From contig CABMDC010000001.1 in the NCBI GenBank assembly GCA_902384795.1, positions 7,375-71,374 of the forward strand: a DNA stretch of 64,000 nucleotides, given 5' to 3'. Positions 49,056 to 58,905 of this stretch are shown in pieces. Each line of letters begins with the position of its first letter. Position 1 is the first letter of the stretch. This DNA is from Candidatus Gugararchaeum adminiculabundum (lineage in GTDB: Archaea; Micrarchaeota; Micrarchaeia; Burarchaeales; Gugararchaeaceae). Made by a program: the position numbers and the translations under genes. A model generated the notes under the pieces. That model had not been told where the DNA came from, searched no databases, and worked only from the letters and a program-made list of their open reading frames with translations.

Positions 49056-50277
49056 TGCAAAAAAAATCAGAAAAGATTTCCCGGCACTGCAGAAAAAGGT
49101 GCATGGCAAGCCCCTGGCATTCCTGGACAGCGCAGCAAGTTCCCAGCGCCCGACCCAGGTGCTTGATGCAATGCGCGCCTATTTCGAGGAATACAACGCC
49201 AACGTTCACCGCGGGATTTACGAATACAGCGAAATGGCAACTCAGAAATACGAAGGGGCCAGGCGCAAGATTGCCAAGTTCATCAATTCACCCAGCGAAA
49301 AGGAAATAATTTTCACCAAGAACTGCACCGAGGCAATCAACCTGGTTTCCAATTCCTGGGGTCGCTCCAACATTCACAAGGGCGACACAATCCTCCTTTC
49401 GCAAATGGAGCACCACAGCAATTTAGTCCCCTGGCAAATGCTTGCAAAGGAAAAATCCGCGCGCCTGGAATTCATTCCCCTGGGCGATGATTTCAAGCTA
49501 GACTTACATGAGTACGAAAAGCTGCTGCACCGCCATTCCCCAAAAATAGTCTCATTCACCGGAGTAAGCAATGTGCTCGGAACAATCACCCCTGCAAAGC
49601 AGATTGTGAAAATGGCTCACGACTCCGGAGCAGTTGCAATGGTTGATGGCGCACAATCAGTCCCCCACTTGCCCACTGATGTGCAGCAGCTGGGCGCGGA
49701 TTTCCTAGCATTTTCAGGGCATAAAATGCTGGGCCCAACGGGCATCGGAGTTCTCCATGGAAAGGCGGAAATTCTCAATTCCATGCCCCCGTTCCTAGGC
49801 GGAGGCGACATGATCAAAAACGTCGAGTTCCGCGAAGCAACCTATGCGGACATCCCTTACAAATTCGAGGCAGGTACGCCTCCCATAGCCGAAGTGATCG
49901 GCCTGGGCGCAGCAGTTGACTATCTGCATAAATTGGGAATGCAGCATGTGCGCGAGCATGAGAAAAAGCTGGTGAGATACGCGCTTGAGAAATTCGACGG
50001 GCTAAGCGGCATCACGCTTTATGGCACGCGCGACCTCAGTTCCCGCGGTGGAGTTTTTTCCTTCAATCTAAAAGGAATTCACCCCCATGACCTTGCGAGC
50101 ATACTGGACCAGGAGGGAGTCGCAATTCGCGCAGGGCATTTGTGCGCCCAGCCCCTGGTGCAAAAACTGGGTGCAGTTGCCACAGCGCGCGCGAGTTTTT
50201 ACGTTTACACCTTGGAAGAAGAGATCGACCAGCTGGCGCTGGGATTTCAGAAGGCCCAAAAAGCCTTTGGAGTATAA
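49048..50277 (+). CDS. sufS: cysteine desulfurase SufS (class II aminotransferase)
   Basis: PLP Lys motif SGHKMLGPTGIG, catalytic Cys loop RAGHLCAQP; start taken at MFDAKKIRKDF. Confidence 0.9.
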   Translation: MFDAKKIRKDFPALQKKVHGKPLAFLDSAASSQRPTQVLDAMRAYFEEYNANVHRGIYEYSEMATQKYEGARRKIAKFINSPSEKEIIFTKNCTEAINLVSNSWGRSNIHKGDTILLSQMEHHSNLVPWQMLAKEKSARLEFIPLGDDFKLDLHEYEKLLHRHSPKIVSFTGVSNVLGTITPAKQIVKMAHDSGAVAMVDGAQSVPHLPTDVQQLGADFLAFSGHKMLGPTGIGVLHGKAEILNSMPPFLGGGDMIKNVEFREATYADIPYKFEAGTPPIAEVIGLGAAVDYLHKLGMQHVREHEKKLVRYALEKFDGLSGITLYGTRDLSSRGGVFSFNLKGIHPHDLASILDQEGVAIRAGHLCAQPLVQKLGAVATARASFYVYTLEEEIDQLALGFQKAQKAFGV

Positions 50278-50694
50278 TTGATGTCCATGAGTTTTGATTT
50301 GTACCGCGAAATAATCCTCGACCATTACAAAAATCCTAGGAATAAGGGCACGCTTAAGGCGCCTGATGCCAAGTGGCGCGAGAACAATCCGCTCTGCGGA
50401 GATGTGCTGGAAATGCAGTTGAAAATTTCCAAGGACAAAAAGCTGGAAGACATAAAATTTTCCGGAGATGGGTGCGCAATCTCGCTCTCCAGCGCCAGCA
50501 TCCTGACTGAAATGGTGAAAGGCAAACCGCTGGACGAAATTCTGAAAATCGACAAAAAGAAACTGCTCGGAGAGCTGGGCATAGACCCTGGCCCGAGCAG
50601 GATAAAGTGCGCCCTGCTTTCGCTCAAGGTTTTAAAGATGGCCGTCTATTCCTACCTGGGAAAGGAAATAGACAGGGAAACAAAAGACCTATGA
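50278..50694 (+). CDS. sufU: SufU/IscU-like sulfur-acceptor scaffold (NifU N-terminal domain)
   Basis: NPLCGD, SGDGCAIS and IKCALL motifs. Confidence 0.8.
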   Translation: MMSMSFDLYREIILDHYKNPRNKGTLKAPDAKWRENNPLCGDVLEMQLKISKDKKLEDIKFSGDGCAISLSSASILTEMVKGKPLDEILKIDKKKLLGELGIDPGPSRIKCALLSLKVLKMAVYSYLGKEIDRETKDL

Positions 50695-50700
50695 TCAAAG

Positions 50701-51471
50701 TTGATTAACATGGTTGACCAAAAAATCATAGACGCGCACATCAAAAAGGAGCTTTCCAAGGACCGGAAAACCGAGAACGTGGGCTCGCTTTTGCGCCAGA
50801 TAATTCTCGGAGGGCAAGATGGTCTAGTTAATGTTCTGGGCGTGATTTTCGGAGTTGCAGTCGCAACCCAGAACACCAAGGTCGCGATAATCGCGGGCCT
50901 GGCAGCGGCATTCGCAGAATCCATTTCCATGGCAGCGGTCGCCTACACCAGCAGGAAAGCGGAGAAGGACCACTACTTCGCGGAATTCGAGCACGAGCAG
51001 TGGGAAATCAAAAACATGCCTGAAGTTGAGCGCGAGGAAATCAAGGTAATTTACATGCAAAAGGGCTTCCGGGGCAGGCAGCTTGAGGATTTGGTTGACA
51101 AGGTCTGCTCCAATGAGGAAATGTGGCTCGAGGTAATGATGGACGAGGAGCTCGGGCTCGCCGGCCTGGACAAGATAAATCCGGTAAATGAGGGAATAAT
51201 TGTCGGAGTTTCAGCGCTAATCGGCTCCCTAATCCCCCTAATCCCATTCTTCTTCCTTCCAATGCAGCAGGCAATCTTCGGCTCAATCTTGGTTTCAGCA
51301 ATCACCCTCTTTGTGGCAGGCTACGTGAAAGCAAAGCTGACAATCGGAAATCCGATTTATGCCGGGTTCGAGCTGGTTGCAATAGGCATGATTGCGGCAT
51401 TCATAGGCTATGTAATTGGCTATCTGCTAGGGCAATATTTCCTAGGAAACCCGCACGCGCTAGCAGGCTAG
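50701..51471 (+). CDS. VIT1/CCC1 family iron/manganese transporter
   Basis: GGQDGLVNVLGV with 5 TM helices and a cytoplasmic metal-binding helical insert. Confidence 0.75.
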   Translation: MINMVDQKIIDAHIKKELSKDRKTENVGSLLRQIILGGQDGLVNVLGVIFGVAVATQNTKVAIIAGLAAAFAESISMAAVAYTSRKAEKDHYFAEFEHEQWEIKNMPEVEREEIKVIYMQKGFRGRQLEDLVDKVCSNEEMWLEVMMDEELGLAGLDKINPVNEGIIVGVSALIGSLIPLIPFFFLPMQQAIFGSILVSAITLFVAGYVKAKLTIGNPIYAGFELVAIGMIAAFIGYVIGYLLGQYFLGNPHALAG

Positions 51472-51494
51472 GTTTTGGTTAGAATTAGTAGATT

Positions 51495-52940
51495 CTACGC
51501 GCCCTTGCTTCCCCTGATTTTCTTCAGCAGTTTCCCCTCCCGCAAACTCGGCTTGGTCAATTTCTCAGGTGAAAGCAATCGGTTCAGCTCACTCTCGCTC
51601 AAAAGCTTCTCTTCCAAAATTACCTGCTTCAAGCTCTTCCCTTCTTTCAGCGCCTTCTTGATCAGCGCGCTCATTTTCCCATAGCCGAAATAGGGGTTGA
51701 GCGCAGTGCCAATGGTCAAACTATTAGCGAGGTGCTCATCGATTCTTTTTCTATCCGCTTTGATTCCACGGATGCATTTTTCGCTGAACATTTTGCACGT
51801 GTTCGCAAGCAGTTCGCAGTTTGCATTCAGATTATAGGCAATCAGCGGAGTTAGCATGTTCAAATCCAGTTGCCCTCCCATGCTCGCCATGGTCACAGCA
51901 TTGTCATTGGAAATCACCTGAATTCCAACCATCTCAACAGCTTCTGGAATTGATGGATTTATTTTCCCAGGCATTATGGAAGAGCCAGGCTCAACTTCAG
52001 GCAAGATTATTTCTCCAATCGCAGTCTTTGGCCCGCTTGCCAATAATTTCAAATCATTTGCAATTCTCACCAAAGTAATTGCAAGGCACTTCAGCTTGCC
52101 GCTCACAACTACGAACGGATTCATGTTCTGCTCCAACTCAGCCAGGCTCTTCGCAGGCACGAACTTATATCCGCTAATTTTACTCAGTTCACTGGCAACT
52201 GTTTTCACATATTTCGGATGGGTGTTAATCCCTGTTCCAAGAGCGGTTCCGCCAAGCGGAATTTCCAGCATTCCTTCCAGCCCGCACTCAAGCTCTTCGC
52301 AGTCCCTTTCAACTGCCTCTGCCCAGGCCTCGAACTCCTGGCCCAGGGTGATTGGCACGGCATCCTGCAAATGGGTCCTTCCGCTCTTGACAATTTTCGC
52401 AAATTGTTTTGCTTTCACCCTCAGGCCCGCTTCCAATCCTTGCGCCTCTTTCAGCGTTTTCTCAGCCAAGAATAGCGTGCTCAATCTGGTAACAGTCGGA
52501 ATAACATCATTGGTCGATTGGCTCATGTTCGCATGATTATTCGGGTCAATTGTTGCATAGTCCCCGCGCTTCCTGCCCATCAACTCCAGCGCCCTGTTGG
52601 AAATCACTTCATTGGCGCACATGTTGAACGGAGTGCCTGCTCCTGCGGTAAACACATCCAAAACGAATTCCCTGTCATGCTTTCCAGCAGCAACTTCCAG
52701 CCCGGCTTTTTCAATCGTTTTCCCAATTTTCCTATCCAGCAAACCAAGTTTCATATTAGCTCGCGCAGCAGCAACTTTCGCCATTCCCAGCGCCCTGATG
52801 AACTCACGGTTCTCGCTCAGCTTAATTCCTGAAATTTGAAAGTTCTTGCCCGCCCTCACAGTGAAAACCCCATAATAGGCTTCGCTCGGCACATTCACGC
52901 TCCCAAGGAAATCGCTTTCTTTTCTGAACCCCATGGACAA
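51495..52940 (-). CDS. class II fumarate hydratase / aspartate ammonia-lyase family protein
   Basis: Signature GSSIMPGKINP; 481 aa. Confidence 0.85.
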   Translation of the reverse strand: MSMGFRKESDFLGSVNVPSEAYYGVFTVRAGKNFQISGIKLSENREFIRALGMAKVAAARANMKLGLLDRKIGKTIEKAGLEVAAGKHDREFVLDVFTAGAGTPFNMCANEVISNRALELMGRKRGDYATIDPNNHANMSQSTNDVIPTVTRLSTLFLAEKTLKEAQGLEAGLRVKAKQFAKIVKSGRTHLQDAVPITLGQEFEAWAEAVERDCEELECGLEGMLEIPLGGTALGTGINTHPKYVKTVASELSKISGYKFVPAKSLAELEQNMNPFVVVSGKLKCLAITLVRIANDLKLLASGPKTAIGEIILPEVEPGSSIMPGKINPSIPEAVEMVGIQVISNDNAVTMASMGGQLDLNMLTPLIAYNLNANCELLANTCKMFSEKCIRGIKADRKRIDEHLANSLTIGTALNPYFGYGKMSALIKKALKEGKSLKQVILEEKLLSESELNRLLSPEKLTKPSLREGKLLKKIRGSKGA

Positions 52941-52986
52941 GGGTAAGGCAACTTAGAATTATTAAGTTTGCCTTGATCCTCTCTGC

Positions 52987-54723
52987 TCAGGGCCCGCTCG
53001 TGTTCAGTCCCCAGCCAAGAGGCGAATCCGACTGCCCCATGAGCACAGCCATCCTCTTGATTGTTTGCCTCGCATAGGGCTCTGGCTCCAGCTTCGGGTT
53101 CTGGGTCTGCAGCTCCATCAGCAGTTCCCCGACTTTTTCTTCCCCCATAAGCTTCACTGCGAGATGATACACGTGCTCCAGCCCTCCCACGGGGGAAATC
53201 AGCTCGCTGTCAGGGAAGTTCGGCTCAAATCCGTTCGTTAGCTTTTCCTGGACCCAACCAGTATTGGAATGAATTTCAGCAAAAACCTTCTTGATCCCGG
53301 CCCTTCTAGCAATCCTTCTTGTTTCCCTCATCATCTCCCCGAATGCTTCTTCCTTCCTGGAAAGCAGCCGCTGTGAAGCGAAGTCCGTGTTCTTCAGGTT
53401 GTCTCTCATCTCCGGAATCGTCTCTATCGCATCCACGCTCAGGAACGGCCTATCCGCAGTGCTCATGGGGCGCAGATGCGCTTTCATAACAAATTCTCCG
53501 TCAATGTATACGTTCAATATGGAGTACATCGGATCAAGCAGCCAGGTGTAAACCGTCCAATGGCTGTTCAACGGCTCCTTCCCTTCCTCCCGCTTGGCCG
53601 GGTTCTTTGCAGTGGAATCGCCGGTCTTGTCCCCCAGCGTCAGGTATGTCTCGTCACGCGGGGCAAGCGCGCATTCTGCCCCCTTTCCTCTTATGTACTG
53701 CAGCCCTTCCATCTCCCTGTTGTTAGGCCTTATGTTTTTCCCCAGGAGCGCGGCTATCTCGTCTGCGTACATGGCAAACACGCTTGGATTCCTGAGTGCC
53801 TCAGCAGCTGGCGTTCCGGTTATTTTTTCCAGCCCTTCCTGGATCCGGACCGAACCGATTTTTTTCTCAATAACCTCCCCAATCTCCAGAACTTTCCTGT
53901 AAATCAGGCTTTCCCTTTTCCTCTGCGCGTCGTCCCCTTCAAGAAGGTGGCCCAGCTTCTTCTGCTGCCTGCTCAGCTCCTTCTTAAGCGCATTAATGTC
54001 CTTTTCGCCCTTTCCATTCATCCCAAGCATGCTGGTAATTTTTCCTATATTCCCCCTTACCTTCCCTACGGCTTCCTCATCTATTTTCACTGGTTCGTCC
54101 TTTATCGCATAAAGCTTTCCAAGCCTGTCCTTCAGAGTTTTTTCCAGCGCATCACAGAGCTCAATGCGTTTTTCCCAAGTCAATTCCGCGCTTAGTTCCC
54201 TCTGCTTCACTCCGGCTTCCTTCAGTATGCTGCCAAGCTTGGAATCAGTGTTCTCGCCAAGCAGCTTCCCTTCCCTTATGCATGCTATCGCCTCATAAAC
54301 CACGTTTTTTGAAAAGGAAACCGTGCCCTCGGTCATCAGCCTTGCAAATACGCTTTCCACTTTTTCCGGGTCATTGAGGTTCATCAGTGCTTTCCAACCG
54401 ACCCCGTCCCACTGGGTTACGTCATTTCCGCTCCCTGAAGCCACGAAATTTTCATAAACAGCCGCCTTTAGGTTCTCCCCTGCCTTTAGCCTTTTCTTGA
54501 TTTCAGCGGCAAGGGCTGTGTTGAACGGTATGTTCTTCTTCAGCGCCTTTGCGTCTATCCCCGGAACCTGGTCAAATCTCCTTTCTTCCAGATTGAATTT
54601 GAAAATCCGGCATTCTTCAAACGGATTTTTGCTTATGACCGCAAGGGGAATCTCCACAACCGAATTCTTTCCACCCGCCGCACCCCGAGCATTTCCATTG
54701 TTAATCTGCTTCATCTCGACCAC
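52987..54723 (-). CDS. large conserved hypothetical protein (578 aa, soluble)
   Basis: Long uninterrupted ORF with a coding-like composition and no recognised motif. Confidence 0.5.
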   Translation of the reverse strand: MVEMKQINNGNARGAAGGKNSVVEIPLAVISKNPFEECRIFKFNLEERRFDQVPGIDAKALKKNIPFNTALAAEIKKRLKAGENLKAAVYENFVASGSGNDVTQWDGVGWKALMNLNDPEKVESVFARLMTEGTVSFSKNVVYEAIACIREGKLLGENTDSKLGSILKEAGVKQRELSAELTWEKRIELCDALEKTLKDRLGKLYAIKDEPVKIDEEAVGKVRGNIGKITSMLGMNGKGEKDINALKKELSRQQKKLGHLLEGDDAQRKRESLIYRKVLEIGEVIEKKIGSVRIQEGLEKITGTPAAEALRNPSVFAMYADEIAALLGKNIRPNNREMEGLQYIRGKGAECALAPRDETYLTLGDKTGDSTAKNPAKREEGKEPLNSHWTVYTWLLDPMYSILNVYIDGEFVMKAHLRPMSTADRPFLSVDAIETIPEMRDNLKNTDFASQRLLSRKEEAFGEMMRETRRIARRAGIKKVFAEIHSNTGWVQEKLTNGFEPNFPDSELISPVGGLEHVYHLAVKLMGEEKVGELLMELQTQNPKLEPEPYARQTIKRMAVLMGQSDSPLGWGLNTSGP

Positions 54724-54827
54724 CCACTGTGGTAATTAATACATTTTTACTTTTAAATCCTTCCGTCCAACCTTCCCTGCCCCCAGCGCCCAAAACCTTA
54801 AATTAGCCAGGTGAGTGCTCTACTCCC

Positions 54828-56210
54828 ATGGCTGAAATTGCTGACGTAATAGTGATAGGCGCAGGCCCTGGCGGCTATGCCGCTGCAATCCGCGCAGCCG
54901 AGCTTGGCAGAAAAGTCACTCTCATTGACCGGCGCGGCAAATTGGGCGGAGTCTCGCTCCACCATGGCTGCATTCCCTCCAAAGCTTTGGTGCATGCAAG
55001 CGAAGTCGCCTGGCAGGCAAACCATCTTTCCGAGCTTGGCATCAATTCTCCCAAGCCGAAAATAAATTTCAAAAAAATGCAATCGTGGAAAAACTCCATT
55101 GTTTCCAAGCTGAGCAACGAGATAAAAAAAGCATGCGACAAAAATGGCGTCAACATCCTGGAAGGGACAGCGCGCTTCACCAGTCCCAGCTCGGTTGAAA
55201 TCCAGGGGAAAGCGCGGGGCAAATCAAAAAAACTGCAGTTCAATTACGCCCTAATCGACTGCGGAACAAAAGAGATTTCACATCCGAAAATTCCCATTGA
55301 TGGCACGCTGGTAATCGGCCCGACCCAGGCTGTCGAGCTAACTGCAATTCCCAAGGATTTGGTAATCGTTGGCGCAGGCTACATAGGGGTTGAGCTTGGC
55401 ACTGTTTACGCAAAATTGGGAAGCAGAGTTTCCTTGCTCGCCCGCGCAGGCGTCCTTTCCAACATGGACAAGGAATTGGTTTCCATTGTCCAAAAGCGCC
55501 TAATCCAACTGGGCGTTCGCATCTACGATGGGATTGAAGACGAGCAAATTCAGAAAAAAGCAAGGCGCGCGCTCGTCAAAATAAAGCAAAAAGGAAAAAC
55601 AGTTTCCCTTCCAGCAGACAAAATTCTCATGGCCATTGGCCGAGCTCCGTTTACCAAAGGACTGGGGCTAGAAAACACAAAAGTCAAGCTTGATGAAAAA
55701 GGCTTCATTCAGGTGGATGCGCACCGCCGCACTGCAGACTCCAAAATCTATGCGATTGGCGACATAACCGGCCCGCCACTTCTCGCCTACAAAGCCAGCA
55801 AGGAGGGAATAGTCGCAGCAGAAGCAATCGTTGGCCTGGGAAGCACCTACTCCCCACGCGCAATTCCCTATGCTGTTTTCTGCGACCCGGAACTGGCAAC
55901 AGTGGGCCTGTCAGAATCAGAGGCAAGGGCCAAAGGATTCCAGGTGATTACCGGCAAATGCCAGTTCTCATCCCTTGCCAAAGCACTAACAATTAACCAG
56001 CCAATCGGGTTCGTAAAAGTTATTGCAGAAAGATACACGCGCAAAATTCTCGGAGTGCAAATAGTGGGGCCGGATGCCAGCGATTTAATTTCCGAAGCAG
56101 CGCTCGCGCTTGAAATGAACGCAACGCTGGAAAATATCGCAAATACGATCCACACGCATCCCACTCTTCCTGAGGCGTTGATGGAAGCGTGCAGGGCCGC
56201 GCCAGGTTAA
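54828..56210 (+). CDS. dihydrolipoamide dehydrogenase-like FAD flavoprotein with a non-canonical SxxxxC active site
   Basis: FAD motif GAGPGGYAAA, NAD motif GAGYIGVE, C-terminal HTHPTLPEA, but the redox motif reads GGVSLHHGCIPSK instead of GG.CLN.GCIPSK. Confidence 0.8.
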   Translation: MAEIADVIVIGAGPGGYAAAIRAAELGRKVTLIDRRGKLGGVSLHHGCIPSKALVHASEVAWQANHLSELGINSPKPKINFKKMQSWKNSIVSKLSNEIKKACDKNGVNILEGTARFTSPSSVEIQGKARGKSKKLQFNYALIDCGTKEISHPKIPIDGTLVIGPTQAVELTAIPKDLVIVGAGYIGVELGTVYAKLGSRVSLLARAGVLSNMDKELVSIVQKRLIQLGVRIYDGIEDEQIQKKARRALVKIKQKGKTVSLPADKILMAIGRAPFTKGLGLENTKVKLDEKGFIQVDAHRRTADSKIYAIGDITGPPLLAYKASKEGIVAAEAIVGLGSTYSPRAIPYAVFCDPELATVGLSESEARAKGFQVITGKCQFSSLAKALTINQPIGFVKVIAERYTRKILGVQIVGPDASDLISEAALALEMNATLENIANTIHTHPTLPEALMEACRAAPG

Positions 56211-56301
56211 TCGCCAGCCCTCCCGGCAGTCCATTTTAAATAATTCACAGGGCTAACTATCCCCATACATCCAGCCAGTATTCGTCCATCCATCAGTTCG
56301 G

Positions 56302-57177
56302 TTGATTTTTATGCGAAGCAATTCAGACGGAAGGGTATTTGCCAAGCTTTCAATAATCGGGCCGGACAAGGCCGGGGTAGTGGCAGCAGTGACCAATTTC
56401 CTGTTCTCCCATGCCGGCAATGTCGAGGAAATCTCCCAGCATGTGGTGAACGGATTATTTGGGATGCACCTGGAAGCGAGCTGGAAAAAAGAAGCATTAG
56501 ACCCGGCAAAAGTCAAAGCAGGATTAGTGAAAGTCGGGCAAGAGCTCGCCATGGATGTGCGAATCACCTTTGAAAGCGAGCACAGCAGGAAGCGCATGGC
56601 ACTTTTAGTCACCAAAGAACCGCTCTGCCCGGAAACAATTCTCGCAGAATGGAAAGCAGGCAGATTAAAGGCAGAAATCCCAGTGATTATCGGCAGCGAA
56701 AAGGCGCTCGAGCCCCTGGCAAAGAAATACGGAATCCCGTTCCATCTGGTTGATGATGAAAAGCAGGAAGCGCGGGAAGAGAAAACCCTCAAGCTTCTGG
56801 AAAAATACGAAATAGATTTCCTGGTGCTCGCGCGCTACATGAAAATCCTTTCGCCCAATTTTGTCTGGCGCTATCCCAACCGCATAATCAACATTCACCC
56901 GTCGCTTTTGCCGGCTTTCCCTGGCGCCCGCGCCTATCTGCAGGCTTATGAGCGCGGAGTAAGAATAGTTGGCTGTTCGGCTCATTTCGTTACCATGGAT
57001 CTGGATCAAGGCCCGATAATCTGCCAGGACTGTTTTAAGGCGGAATTCGGCGAGCCATTGGAAGAAATAAAGCGCAAGGGCCAGGAGCTGGAAGCCAAAA
57101 CCCTGCTGGAAGCGGTCAAGCTTTTCCTGGATAATAAGCTGGATGTTTACTGGAACAAAGTCCATTTGAAGAAGTAA
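56302..57177 (+). CDS. purU: formyltetrahydrofolate deformylase
   Basis: N-terminal ACT domain plus a formyltransferase domain (INIHPSLLPAFPGARAY, SAHFVTMDLDQGPII). Confidence 0.85.
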   Translation: MIFMRSNSDGRVFAKLSIIGPDKAGVVAAVTNFLFSHAGNVEEISQHVVNGLFGMHLEASWKKEALDPAKVKAGLVKVGQELAMDVRITFESEHSRKRMALLVTKEPLCPETILAEWKAGRLKAEIPVIIGSEKALEPLAKKYGIPFHLVDDEKQEAREEKTLKLLEKYEIDFLVLARYMKILSPNFVWRYPNRIINIHPSLLPAFPGARAYLQAYERGVRIVGCSAHFVTMDLDQGPIICQDCFKAEFGEPLEEIKRKGQELEAKTLLEAVKLFLDNKLDVYWNKVHLKK

Positions 57178-57184
57178 ATAGGAA

Positions 57185-57361
57185 ATGAAAGGTGACGGCA
57201 TGAACATAGATTATTTTCGTGGAGTCGGAATCGGACTGTTAATCTCCTGGGTAACTGGTGCTTTAGCTTACTGGAAAACAGGGCAACTGCCCCTGTCACT
57301 CCTGGTGCTTGAATGCGCATTGAGCGTAATATTCCTAGCAATATCATTTTTTATGCAATAG
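57185..57361 (+). CDS. small membrane protein (58 aa)
   Basis: MKGDGMNIDYFRGVGIGLLISWVTGALAYW...; below the size cutoff of the supplied ORF track. Confidence 0.3.
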   Translation: MKGDGMNIDYFRGVGIGLLISWVTGALAYWKTGQLPLSLLVLECALSVIFLAISFFMQ

Positions 57362-57403
57362 CGCCGCTGATAATAACTTATCTGCTGTTTAATCGGTTTT
57401 CCC

Positions 57404-58123
57404 ATGGATTGCAAAAAAGAGATTCTACTTTTAAGGGCTGATTTGCAAAAGCACGTTAATGCGAAGTACAAGCAGGGTGCAACAAACTATTTCAAGGAGC
57501 AAATTCGGCCGCATGGCGTTCGCCTGCCAACTGTTCATAAAATTGCAGCAGAGCATTTCAAGCGCCTAAGGAAACAAGGTTGGAGTAAAGCAGACTTCTT
57601 CGCACTCGCGGAAGAGCTCCAAAAGACCGGCTGGTTCGAGGAAACAACCGCGGCCTATTCCATGCTTGAGCATCTCGAGCGCGAATTCATTGAGGATGAT
57701 TTTGCCACATTTGCTTTCTGGCTTGAAAAATACGTTTCCAACTGGGCGCACTGCGACCATCTTACCAATCATCATGTTGGCTATTTGCTCGAAAAATATC
57801 CACAATTAGTAAAGCGCCTTTACCCTCACGCAAAATCCAAGAACAGGTGGATGAAAAGAAGCGCCTGCACTTCGCTCATCCTTCCAGCGCGCCACGGCCT
57901 TTTCCTTTCCGACTGCCTGAAAATTGCGCAAATTCTCCATCAGGACAGGGATGATTTGGTTCTCAAGGGAGCAGGCTGGATGCTGCGCGAGGCAGGCAAA
58001 AGGCACGAGGATGCTGTTTATAATTTCCTGCTTCAAATCAGGAAGAAAGCAGGCCGTGTGCTATTAAGGTACGCGATTGAAAAAATGCCCAAGCAAAGAA
58101 AAGAGGCGGTTCTCTATGGTTAG
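57404..58123 (+). CDS. DNA alkylation repair protein (AlkD-like HEAT-repeat family)
   Basis: 239-aa all-helical protein with the AlkC/AlkD pattern. Confidence 0.7.
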   Translation: MDCKKEILLLRADLQKHVNAKYKQGATNYFKEQIRPHGVRLPTVHKIAAEHFKRLRKQGWSKADFFALAEELQKTGWFEETTAAYSMLEHLEREFIEDDFATFAFWLEKYVSNWAHCDHLTNHHVGYLLEKYPQLVKRLYPHAKSKNRWMKRSACTSLILPARHGLFLSDCLKIAQILHQDRDDLVLKGAGWMLREAGKRHEDAVYNFLLQIRKKAGRVLLRYAIEKMPKQRKEAVLYG

Positions 58124-58901
58124 CATTTTAGAAGCAATCTTCCTGGCAGTAATCCAGGGAATAACCGAATGGCTGCCAATTTCCAGCTCAGGCCATCTCG
58201 CCCTGGCGCAATATTATTTTCACATCCAGGCATCAGTTCTGTTCGACATCATCCTGCATCTCGGAACCCTGCTCGCAGTGGTTGTTTACTTTAGGCAAAA
58301 AATTCTTGACATAATCCAGTCTGCGCTCAGGCTCGATTTCAAAAGCGAGAACGGCTCCATCATCCCGTTCGCAATTCTCGCCCTGATTCCAACGGCAATA
58401 ATCGGCTTTGCTTTCAAGGACTTCTTCGAGTCCATGTTCCAGAAGCCCGCGCTCATCGGTGCAGGCCTCGTCCTCACCGGATTAGTTCTCTATTCCACCA
58501 AATACCTCGGCAAAAAAGCAAATTCTCCAGTTGGGTTAAAGCAGGCGCTCGCAATGGGAATAGCGCAGGGAATAGCGGTTGCGCCAGGAATTTCCAGAAG
58601 CGGCTCAACCATCAGCGCAGGAATAGCCGCCCAGGGGCAGAGGGAAAAGGTCGCAGCATTCTCCTTCCTGATTGCAGTTCCGGCAGTGATTGGCGCGGCC
58701 ATTTTCGAGCTAAAAGGAAAGGCAATAGAAGCAATTGGCATTGAAGCAATAGCAATCGGCCTGCTAGTTTCCTTTGCAGTTGGCTACGCGTCCATTCACG
58801 TTCTGTTCAAGCTGCTCAAGGGCGACAAATTCCACTGGTTTGCCTACTACTGCTGGCTTGCGGGATTAACCGCAATCGCAGCCAGTTTCCTGGTAAAATA
58901 A
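58116..58901 (+). CDS. uppP: undecaprenyl-diphosphatase
   Basis: N-terminal ITEWLPISSSGHL motif, the PGISRSG motif and 8 TM helices; start taken at MVSILEAIF. Confidence 0.85.
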   Translation: MVSILEAIFLAVIQGITEWLPISSSGHLALAQYYFHIQASVLFDIILHLGTLLAVVVYFRQKILDIIQSALRLDFKSENGSIIPFAILALIPTAIIGFAFKDFFESMFQKPALIGAGLVLTGLVLYSTKYLGKKANSPVGLKQALAMGIAQGIAVAPGISRSGSTISAGIAAQGQREKVAAFSFLIAVPAVIGAAIFELKGKAIEAIGIEAIAIGLLVSFAVGYASIHVLFKLLKGDKFHWFAYYCWLAGLTAIAASFLVK

Positions 58902-58905
58902 AAAA

